A stretch of 61,398 nt of DNA, filler included, from Choristocarpus tenellus KU-1152 (lineage: Eukaryota > Protista > Phaeophyceae): the NCBI GenBank assembly GCA_964200185.2. It is 9 parts of 9 records of this genome, joined end to end, with 100 filler letters (N's around TTAATTAATTAA, not from the genome) between each part and the next. Parts side by side here need not be neighbours in the genome. Positions count along the whole stretch, not along the records: positions 48,821 to 53,297 come from CAXNAD020014377.1; positions 53,398 to 61,398 come from CAXNAD020005282.1; 7 more parts are not named here. One strand, 5' to 3'. Positions 50,701 through 61,398 of this stretch are shown here, piece by piece. The notes under the pieces were generated by a model. It was not told where the DNA came from and searched no databases. It saw only the letters and a list, made by a program, of their open reading frames with translations. Position 1 is the first letter of the stretch. Each line of letters starts with the position of its first letter. The position numbers were made by a program, and so were the translations under genes.

Positions 50701-53700
50701 GGCTATTTTATCACCACATGTTCTGCCGAGAGCCCGTACCGATCTACCAACCAACCACTTTTGCTTGAGACATCCTGCCATCCCTGCACGCATCTTCCAT
50801 TCTGTTATAGATAATGAGGGGAGGAAAGTACTATCAAACGCCTTGAAATTGTGGTATGATTATTTGTATGCTGCATTCTCACTCTCCTTCAATTGCCTCT
50901 TCATTTTTTCTATACATCTCCAGAACAAGAAAGAGACAAAGAGGAAGGAGAGAAATAGGGAGAGGAAGAGAGCGAGGAGGGTATTTTTGTTAGAATGTTG
51001 AACACCTATAGAAGGTTCAGTGAAGAAAGGACTACTGCCCGTATGAGATTGATCAAAGCTACTGAGATAGAGAATCACTGCTATTGTTGTAGTACGTATG
51101 ATATAAGTAGTATAATTGGCAGCACTGTTGCTGACATTATCAAGTACCCATGCACTTGCTGTTATCCTTTTCACCTTCGCCTATTTTGTAAGGCCTTGTG
51201 TTGCAAGCTTCTCAGCTGGTGACTCCATTAATAATGTAATGACTAGAAGAGCATAAATGACAACTACATATGTTTTCTATCTTTGCTGTGTACACTATCA
51301 TCAGCATTCATGTCTATATGTGTATGATAATTGGTAATAGCATTCTACGAGTTGGAGTGAATCTCTTTAGCCCAAATGCAAAAAATTTCACAAGCACAAG
51401 TATCACAGAGTCCTTGATCTTCTCATTACTTGCATAAACAATATCAAGATATAAGACCTCAGCCACGAACGCAGATTTTCTCGAGGTCCTACTAATATAG
51501 TATCACCCCAATTCTGTACCTCATGCAACCTTCAAAGGTGATCGGGCAGCATCAAAGTTATATGTTCATTTGGAAGGTCCATGGCATGCATATAGAGTGA
51601 GATGGTCTATTATTTTCTAGTACCAAAGAATATATGTGTGGAGACCCGGCAGCATAGCATGCGAACAAGGTCAGTTTCACCATTCCAGTGAAGAAGCTTT
51701 CCGCAATGCTATCTTCTTTATGGTCTCTGGAGAATTTCCCGGCCTGTCCAATGGTAGAGGCACTACACAATGCATTACTTGTCATACTACAGTACCAAAC
51801 TACTCGTGCACCACAACTCATTGCAATACCTACTTTCATGACTCACTTCTCACCTCCGGGGTTCAGTCATCCCATCATTCATCCCTCGGCATCCTTTCTG
51901 AAATCTTGTGAATTTGTCGGCTCAGTTTTAATCCACCATGACGCCTTGCTACCTCTTTTTAATTTTCCTGCGTTTTGTGGAGTAGCGACTGATAGGATGA
52001 TGCGATTGGTAGGTCTCGCCAGTTGGACTTTGGGTCATGAAAATAAAATTTCCTGAAAAAGAAGTCTCTTGTCAACCAGTTTCCAACCTGCGTGTTCCTG
52101 TAATGGATAATTGACCTTTGACTCCAAGCTAAGGGGATGAGTACAAAACACCTGGAGTGTCACGAAGAGGGGTGAGAAGGGGAGGGGGGGGGGTATTGGA
52201 TTAGAGGGGACTGTTAGACATCATCTACAGATTCTACATGTGGACACTTGTGCGGGCAAAGCACTCATTGATGGAGACCATTCAAAATGGCCATGGGCGA
52301 GTAGTTGTCCAGGCTGGGCAAACCTAGTCCATTGGTTGTGTCTTTCCATAGTTCTGTTCTGGCTTGGTAAACCTTGCCCAGGAATTCATTTTACACCTCA
52401 TCATAAACTTCCTTCCAGTATTGCACCTTGGGCACAATGAGCTCTGTCACCACCATGTTTGGGAGTTGGTTTGAGAGCAGAAGTACAAGAGGTAGGTGTG
52501 TCTATCGTACTTTGCATTCAATTCCTTTTCGTTGCATATGTCGGAAGGATAATGTAAGTGCACTTTTCCTGGTTTTGATCCAAATGGACACCCTGGTGTA
52601 GGCCCCCCCCCCTCCCCAGATACTTTGGGTCCATACTAGAATATGTTAATACATGTTACTTGCCGTGACGTGGTTGCGCGTAAGGTTATCTAACACATTG
52701 TGATGTCGACCTGATAACCTCACCAATAGTGCAAGCGTGGCGATAGGCCCCTCATCCCAAATATCTCCACTCCTGCAAGGTCTTGCCTACCCTCTCTTTT
52801 CTCCCCGTCCTGTGAAAGGATCTATCTTGCAGTCCAATGCAAGAGTTCGTAATTTCATGCTGGCAAAGGGATGATCAGAGTGTGACTGGTTCTCCACAGA
52901 TCTCAACCCACCCACCTTGGGTTGCACTCCCCTCGAGACCCTTGACCAACACTCTTCTCCTAACAAGCAAAGCAGACTAGAAGTAAGCAGTGATCCAGAG
53001 ATGCCTTACCTCATAATCCGTACCCTATCCCTAGATCCCTCTCCGAATCCTAGAGGGCGCGTCCACACAGTGGGAGGCAGTCGAAATACTCATCCCAAAA
53101 TGGAGTCTGACTGGAAAAACGGTTACACCACAACTGAAATGTGACCAGACAGGACTAAATGAGTCCAACATAACAAGGTTCACACTGTGATATATGTGAC
53201 TAGTTGGACAGTCAACTTAATGCGAGTGTGGAGATCTATAATGACTTAATTATACCTCAAAGGGCAAATGTAATAGACCCTAAGTATCTGGGAGGGGNNN
53301 NNNNNNNNNNNNNNNNNNNNNNNNNNNNNNNNNNNNNNNNNTTAATTAATTAANNNNNNNNNNNNNNNNNNNNNNNNNNNNNNNNNNNNNNNNNNNNATG
53401 AAAAAATTGGCCCCAACAGGACAGCCGCCACCCCCTCCCAGATACTTTGAGCCGGTCCTTGTGTGTTCAACCTATGATATACCTTCCTCATAAAACCAAA
53501 CTTTAGATGTACGCTTTAGGGCATTTGCTACTTATACTAGAGCCAACAACATATCTAACTGTCTGTGGTTAACATAGTTCAAAGCCTCGGGACAACATGC
53601 ATTTCTGCACAAAATTATTTCTATGACACATATCACGTTTCGTCCATTTGTTCATTCAAACAAGCGTTCCACAAATTGTCAAGCCTCAGCGCTTGGAAGT

Positions 53701-53808
53701 CTTCTTGCCACAAGGTGTAGTTATTTACTGATTGAATATATATTCTGTTTCAATTACTGCATAATTTGATAATGCATCTGATTGGCTTGATGCTCCCCCA
53801 CACATCAG

Positions 53809-54597
53809 ATTACTGAGTTTGAGAGATTAGAGCAGGTGAAGGCACCACCCAGAGAGGGTGTTTACATCCATGGACTTTATCTTGATGGTGCACAGTGGAG
53901 TCGAGCAGAAAACAGGCAAGAAGAAGGTACCCTAGCCCTAACCCTACCTTTTTTTCTCAAATAGGGCATATATTTCTCTCCTAAGCAAGCCTCCACTGCA
54001 AACCTTCAATAGGTAGATGCTTCAAAGCACTCAGTAGTACAATGTACTCAGAAACATGATACATCACTAATTCATTGATACAAAAAAAACACCCCTATTA
54101 AGTTGGTGATCTACAATCAACTCCAATATTATAATGTAGCAGGGATTGTTGCAAGGTGGATTGGATTCATGTTCTTGGCTCACTAAAAAATATTGATCAA
54201 GAATTGATCAAGAATTGCTTTTTTCCTTGCAATGCCGCCGACCCCTGAAACGTGGTATAAAACCTCCAAAATATCAGCGATATCTCTCTCCTCCCACTGA
54301 ACGTCTTACCATCACTCTCATTGCAACTTTTACAGTCTCATTGAGTCGAAGCCCAAGGAACTTTTCAGTCCTGTCCCTGTGATGTCAGTGACTGCTATCA
54401 CCAAGACACAGAAGAAGACCTCAAGTGCTGACTACGGTCCCTTTGGTGGATACAGCTGCCCAGTGTACAAGTATGCTCTACGTACTGACAAATACATCAT
54501 ATTCATGACAACCCTGGCAACAAGGGGCCACCCTCCTAACCACTGGACTCTACGAGGTGTTGCCCTTCTATGTGGTTCTGGCGAAAATGTTCAATGA
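53809..54597 (+). CDS. Axonemal dynein heavy chain C-terminus (outer-arm DNAH5/8-like), last two exons
   Basis: Exon 53809-53915 (PPREGVYIHGLYLDGAQW) and exon 54336-54597 (LIESKPKELF..YSCPVYK..RTD..HWTLRGVALLC*). The phase only fits with a GC donor at 53916. Confidence 0.92.
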
Positions 54598-57158
54598 ACA
54601 CGAAGAATGCCACCAACTACGAAGAAATTGAAATTTTAACGCTTGTGACTTGTGAACGCGTGCATTCAACTATATCCAACATAGCAAATACTCCGGAACA
54701 TATACTAGGAACACTATGTTTTTTCCCTTTGCTCCGCTGGAAGCTTAATCTATCGTGTTTACATCAATGTATGATTATAGCTCAGGTGTGTACAGTGAAA
54801 CACATTTTTTTATATTTTTCAGTGTAGAGGTTTATAGAGGGTGATATCCATTTTAATATTTATTGTTTTGATAAATGGATACTTGACTGTCACTCAGGTC
54901 AATTAATATTTGCTATTTCGTGGATACAGCAACCTGGTAGAAGTGGCTTCAACTGGTGCAGTAGCATTGAACCATGATTTTTCAACCTAGTACTTATAGT
55001 TGTGTTTTCTTATTGCAATCAAAATTATTTTCACACCGAAAATAGTGCGACAGAGCACGTATCTCTTCTTCCTCTCCTCATCAATGTTCTGCCCGCTCTG
55101 TACACTCGATGATAGAGAGTCCTTCAGTGCCGCCATGTCTAGTCATCAAAGTATCAACCCCCTTTATCTACTCTCAAAATACGCCCCACATGTCCAAGTT
55201 CATACAGAAATATTGCAATATGCTGTGAGTAGCATATCAGGTTAAATACTATATTGAATGCACAGCTCTTTTTCATCACTAGAGCATGCGATGAGTTGTG
55301 CATGTTTGCCGCATACACATTGACAAATTATTTTTCAGCTGATTAAAGAGCATTTAATTTTATGCCCACTGATATTTCCTGATGTTGTCAGGAGTGAGAT
55401 ACATCACAATATATTCTACTAGAGAACACATCTAACACAACAACATGGTCTGATTTGGTTGCAACAAAAACCTTCCCATGCAACAGTTGTATCATATCCT
55501 GCAACAAGAAAGATATTACGCAAACCATACTGCTACAACTCGATTAGCGCCCTTGCAGCTCTCAGTGGTTCATATTGACAGTGTTCCCTGCACTAACTTT
55601 ACGGGTATGAACTCCCTCAACTCTTTTGAATGTAGTTTACAAAATGAGGACAGCCTTGAAGGACATTGAAGAGGAGACAGCAAAAAAGCCCACCTCATTC
55701 CATAAGCAAATAAACCTATATTGGTGCTTCTACGCACTAGATACTTTCACTTGCAAGGTGCTTCTTTGGACTGTAATCTGTAATGTATGTCCGGGTAGAT
55801 GGGTGCTCCTCACTCTGCCTTTGTCCCTGGTGTTGACTAAAGTGTTTGTCTTCGCCACAACTTGCAAATAATTGGACTTTGCTTCTATATTTTTCTCAAA
55901 GTCTCTCTCTGTATGATCTTTCACATTTGTGTAATCCATAATGAAATTAATTTCTTAGAAGAGTACTCACATATTTGTGCTTCCTCCTCTTTCTTTTCAT
56001 AGTTTTTCTTCTGCGACCTTTGCCCACGACTCTGAGACCTCAACACAAGTGTGAAGATATATTCGCAATATATATTGTATACCCTATACATAATTCAAAA
56101 GACACATATATCTTCGTACACACATGGAACAAGAAGGCTCTACCGCCTACCTCATTCAATCTTCGCCACACAACGTATCCAATGCAACATGTGCTTTTCT
56201 AGCATTCCTTATGCAAAATGTGATGATGGGACTTGAAATAGTCAGAAAGACAGTGACAAAAAAACAAATCAAGGTTCTACCCCAAATAATAACGGATAAG
56301 TGATCGTTCCCACTCCCCTCTCAACCAAACCACTCGCTCCAATTGCACTGACATCCATGTGCCCACCTCAACCAGCACAGTTCTTGTACCAAGTGATCTG
56401 CCCAAGCGAAGGTCTCTACCTAAAGTAGGCGGTGCCTCTCCTGCCATACATCTTGCTATTCGTGCCATCCCCTTTGGTAACGAATTCCATCACTTCAAAC
56501 ATACTAATGTGTAGCTGAACCCAAACATAAAGAACTACCACGAACGAGAGTGATAGATAGGACGGAGGGGAATGGACTAGAGAGACATGTCCAGAGGTGA
56601 TTGTCGTGCAAGATGGTCATACAGCAAGAGAAACGGCAGAAACATTTGGAGATACATTGCTTGTCACCATTCCCCAAACCACTCCCTTCGATAGGTCATT
56701 CTGAGCTCCTTGCTTGCAGTCTTGAGTGATGCTGCAACCTGTGATAGTAGCAGAGGACAAGAAATGGGTCCATTAATATCAAGACAGAACTTCCAGTATG
56801 CAACAATTGCAAAGTGCGGATATCAGAACTGAGTAATGTGTGAAGGAGTAACCAAGAAATGCCTGTCCCAACTTATCATCTGGTGTAGCATTCTGGAGGT
56901 ATCAGTAGATATTAGAGTGGAAGGGCAAAATCATGGTATCTTGTACAAGCTGATCGTATCTAACATGATACACTTGTAGCGGGTTCGTAAAGATTCACAC
57001 AAAGCTCATAATGTTCTAGCAATAGAGCCTACCGTCTGAACAGATGCACTCCGGAGTACTCTCTACTGAACGTCACCCTCCCGTGGTTACTCATATCGAG
57101 CAAATATGCAATATGATGGTTGCCATCGCAAAACACAATACATAGTACATCCCGTCCT

Positions 57159-57343
57159 GGCTCAAAGTATCTGGGGAGGGGGGGGTAACGGCTGTCCATT
57201 CAACGCCCATTTTCCCATGTCGCGATTTTTGGGTGATTTGGTTGCATGCGTCGGATGGATAATGAAAGTGCACTTTTCCTGGGCAAGGCCCGAATGGAGA
57301 CCCTGGTGTAGACCCCCCCCCCCCCCCCCAGATACTTTGAGTC
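57159..57343. mobile_element. MITE family B
   Basis: GGCTCAAAGTATCTGGGG..CCCCAGATACTTTGAGTC; interior matches the other family B copies. Confidence 0.88.
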
Positions 57344-59646
57344 CCAGATTAGAGTTTCCTACACAACTTACTGACTTACTCCTTGCCCTACTGAGTTTAT
57401 GCCATACTAGACTTTACAAAGGAACAGCAATGGGGAGGGTATCTGGTCAATTTTTTACTAACTCGGTACGTTAAAATATTGCAGTATAGTTACTTATATA
57501 ACCAGGAATTACATTGCGGGCAATAGTGCTGGTGTGACCTCAACAAGGACAAAGAACGAGTTCCATTTCGTCGTGCATCTCTCTGTATTTACCCATGCGC
57601 ACCAAAAGATAATATGATCCAAAACGAGGTATATTTCATTCCGTGTGCTGACCATGCAGCAAGATAGGGACAGGTGAGTTCAGCCAGGGAGTATGTTTTT
57701 TAGGGCTCCTGAAATCTACGTAGTAGGGCTTCAGGTCATGTATATACACATTGATAAACAAGGGGTTTCTTTCATCTACTCCAAAGTACCACCATTTGGT
57801 ATACAACCTCTGAAGTTCGAGCCTTGATGTGTGGGCCTTGCAGCACGAATCAGCAATGCATCCCCATGGGCTTCACTCACGTTCATGTTTGCTCCGCAGT
57901 AGAGAACCACCCATGGTAAGCATGAATTACTGCTAGGAAGTCCAGAGCAGACAAGCTGGTCTGCGTGGGTGCACTGGCAGCTCCGGGCAAGGGCTTTGTT
58001 CGGGGCCTGTAGGTGATGACAAGCACGAATAAGCAAATGGAATCACCTTGGTGTTGACTCTCCTCTCATTTTCAACTTTGTTGGCAGCTTCTGTCTTTCG
58101 CTGCAAGTTCCTAACAGATAGCATGGGCAGGGGGGCCATGGCTGCAGGTCGGCCCATACCCCAACCATGCTGGAACAGTTGGTGATATGGACTGACCCTG
58201 TTAGAATATATTGGTACAAGGTCAATTCACGGCCAGGCCATGTTGAAACAGTTAACGTACCAGTCACATAGACCATACTTGCCCTCACACAACAGTACCA
58301 GGCTGAGTGGTGGTCCAGCCATGTTGAAAACTTCACCACCATGGATTAATAATAATATTGTATCTGGACCATCATGATGTGTCGGGCTGGTCTACCCAAA
58401 ACTCCTCTCAAGATCTCATAATGCATGTAGGAATAAATGTGTTTTACGTTGCGACACTTCCTTTCGGCGTGATTTTGATTACATAATTCAAGATCGGACT
58501 GGACGGAAAACATACCATCTACTATTTTTTTTTGTAATGAAGCGCACAGGGGAGCCGTCCTGTCTTCGGGAATCCCCACTGTCCTACTTTTTTCACTTCA
58601 AATGATGCTTTAGGGTAATTATTCACAGGGTTAAGATCAGGGTTAGGTTTTCAAAAATACATTCTAAAATGTGAAAAATATAGTACAGTGTGGGTGTTCC
58701 CGAAGACAATGAGGGCTCCCGAGAGAGGGGGGTTCACCTGTGCACTGCAGTGGTCGCGGGGCAGCTGGCGGTCCAGTCCGGTTACAATCTCTACACGCCC
58801 TGAATCAGGCCTATTAGGAAATATTGAAACCTATCCAGCGCACAGATGGGAAAGACTTCTATACTTGGTGGACCAAGTCGCAACTTGTCAGAAAATATTG
58901 GAATCGGTTAGGCCTGCGGACTGGTCTCTTCGCATTTGCAAGATCTGATAACAAGTCCTCATATCCAGAAGCTTAATTTTTTTTTATAGCACCTGTATTG
59001 GTTCTTCCATACATGCACCATCCACGTCTACACTGGAAGCACAGTGACAGCTTCTTCTCCCACTCCCTACTCACATATCAAACTGAGGCACAATGCTTTT
59101 ACTTCAAGGAAACTCCCCCACACAATCCCCAAATCACGCAAGACGTCGAATATCTTTTCCTTTAGGAGAGTATCTTAATTTACCAAAGGTTCAATCCTCT
59201 GACAATGGATAATGGGGAAAGGATTGAAATGGTTAAGGGTGCTAATGTCGGAAAGGATATCTTTCCGATACCATGAGGTATTTAGACCGTTCTACTGATT
59301 AGAAAAAAATTCAGGCAAACTCCATACCCCGCCTATCCTTGCATGACTCGAAGATTGGTTAACATATGTCCACCTAAGAAGCCTACATCTGTCGGGTTCT
59401 CAAGCCAACTGCCCTTCACATTGATGCCATCTGAATGAAAAGGAGCACCATTGCGTCACTAGATATTATGAGAGTGGATCTCTTCACCTGTAGGGCTTGC
59501 ATGTTGTGCAATATTTGCTCGAAAGAACTTGATTCCCTTGATGCAGGCTGGTGGCTTTCAGTCGCAACAAAAGAAGATGACTGTTGAATCCAATACAGGG
59601 AAGGCGGGACAGGGCTGAACATCAAAAGGAGCATCAGTTCACCTCA

Positions 59647-59910
59647 GAGTCAAAGTAAAACGAGAGATACCCAGGTTTGCATTTTATGGACGCTGCCAAA
59701 CTTGTGCAAAATACGACTTTTTACAAATAAATGTGTATAGGATATTGTGAGAATCGGATGGAAAACTTCCAAATAATAGAGAAATCAACTCACTGAAGTC
59801 ATTCTTGGCAATACGTTCATAGAGATATGAGTAAATTGCAAAAGCTATAAAAAATGGCATATTATAATGCAAAACGACCTAAAAATGGGTACCTCTCGTT
59901 TACTTTGGTC
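59647..59910. mobile_element. MITE family D
   Basis: TIR GAGTCAAAGTAAAACGAGAGATACCC / GGGTACCTCTCGTTTACTTTGGTC; TSD CTCA. Confidence 0.78.
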
Positions 59911-61398
59911 CTCAAGCATACAATTGCATTGCCGCCTCGTATATAGCATCTTGTGGACCAAATCATTAAAATCTTAAAAAAAGAAAGTGCTACATATAGT
60001 TCTCATACCCTGTCCCTGTGATCAAACTGTGTCCCATCCTGAAATAGTTTGCCTTTTCCAGAAATTGTCTTCCTCAAGAATCTGGCAACATCAGGTCGTC
60101 TCTCGTTCAGAACCAGCTCAGGTTCTCCATCCTTCACAGCACTTCCAGGAAGTCGCTCATTTGCGATCTGACACATGATGGAGGTGGAACGCTATTATAC
60201 GTGTGGGTCAAGCGATCGACAATATATTACTTCGAACTAAGAGAAGGGCAACCATAGACTACTTGCTGTTTCCTACGTTCGACAACAAAAAAACAGATAG
60301 AAAACTAACCTGCTGTTGCCGTCAAAGATAGGAGAGAAAACTACTAACGGTACTGCACCTTTAACCCTCGGATTAAAACCACCATCCTCCATTAAAGTCT
60401 CATTAGTTGCTCACCTCGTGTTCTTCCTGGTGGTGAGGCACCTCCATCTCGAAAAGCGACTTAGTAGCATATTGGGGGGGGTCACTTTCACCATTCACCG
60501 TCTTCCGTAAGAAGTCTGAAATGTGAGGCCGACCCTCATTCACAACCACCTGGAAGTGGCGTCGAAAAAGGTCACAACTCTTCAGGGAGGAAATCTATTC
60601 ATCGATCAAAGAATTCTCTACTAATTTCGCGATGTCACCCCGTGTTTGGTGTTCGCCCTTTCCCTGCAACCACAAAAAACAGGTGATAGTATAATTTCGA
60701 AGTACCCCGGGGTATTATATCAGGTGATGATTGAATTGTGTCAACGACGAGGTATCGTTGATCGTTTTTCCTTTTTGAGAAAACGTATGTTTTACTCTGC
60801 TGTAATACTCCGAAGTAGTACTTGGAAAATGCTATATACGAGGCGGCAATGCAATTGTATGCTTGAGGACCAAAGTAAACGAGACAGGGTATGAGAACTA
60901 TATATAGCACTTTCTTTTTTTAAGATTTTAATGATTTGGTCCACAATGTAGCATTTTACAGTTATTTCAGTGCTTACTAGCAAGTACTAAGACACTCACA
61001 AAACAAAAAGGAACAAAAAAACGTAAACACGTAACACACCACCAGATTTCATACTTCTTCCCAATACGGTGGTGGTGGATGGTAGAATCAACACAAAGAC
61101 ACAAGGAAAATACCTCGAAGTACTGCTATATATGCACTATATATATGCATCTGCGTAAATACTCATTGTTTCGTTGAGTACAGGTGACCCACTACGTTTG
61201 ACGTTCTGAAATAATTCAATCACGCCCACACAGCCTGTAAAGAGTATCAACATTTTTGGGGATGTACACAGGTAGCACTCCGAGCATGGTGAGGTTAAGC
61301 GATGGAAGATAGGTGTGAATGCTTCCAGATGGGTCAAAGTATCTTGGGGGGGGGTGCCGGCGTCCGTTTTTCACCTTTTTTTCGATTTTCACTTTTTT

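Larger units (their letters stand above)
55730..60520 (-). other. Scattered exon-like segments of a possible unknown gene or pseudogene
   Basis: Several short AG..GT-bounded open segments (e.g. about 56038-55971 SQSRGQRSQKKNYEKKEEEAQI; about 58110-58027 NLQRKTEAANKVENERRVNTK). No coherent model and no domain recognised. Confidence 0.2.

Overview
Eukaryotic, intron-rich genomic DNA, most likely a brown alga or related stramenopile (inferred from gene content and exon architecture, not from a database hit). The window is nine contigs joined by eight artificial 100-nt linkers (44 N + TTAATTAATTAA + 44 N), so order across linkers is unproven. The main feature is a minus-strand ROCO-type LRR-GTPase locus (9520-20790, 3' end cut by a gap). 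Its LRR domain is an array of 16 symmetric phase-1 cassette exons, each encoding one LRR, plus two decayed cassettes. The cassettes sit in short, mutually homologous introns, vary strongly at predicted surface positions, and the last one carries an in-frame TAA just before the Roc exons. Other content: 3' exons of a gamma-glutamyl phosphate reductase/P5CS gene, a PP2A-A-like HEAT gene and an axonemal dynein heavy chain; an almost complete MFS transporter; 5' exons of an EF-hand-like gene; a spliced pseudogene; a decayed mariner with TIRs; Copia and LINE remnants; a 45-bp minisatellite; and more than 20 copies of related MITE families sharing GA..CAAAGTA termini.
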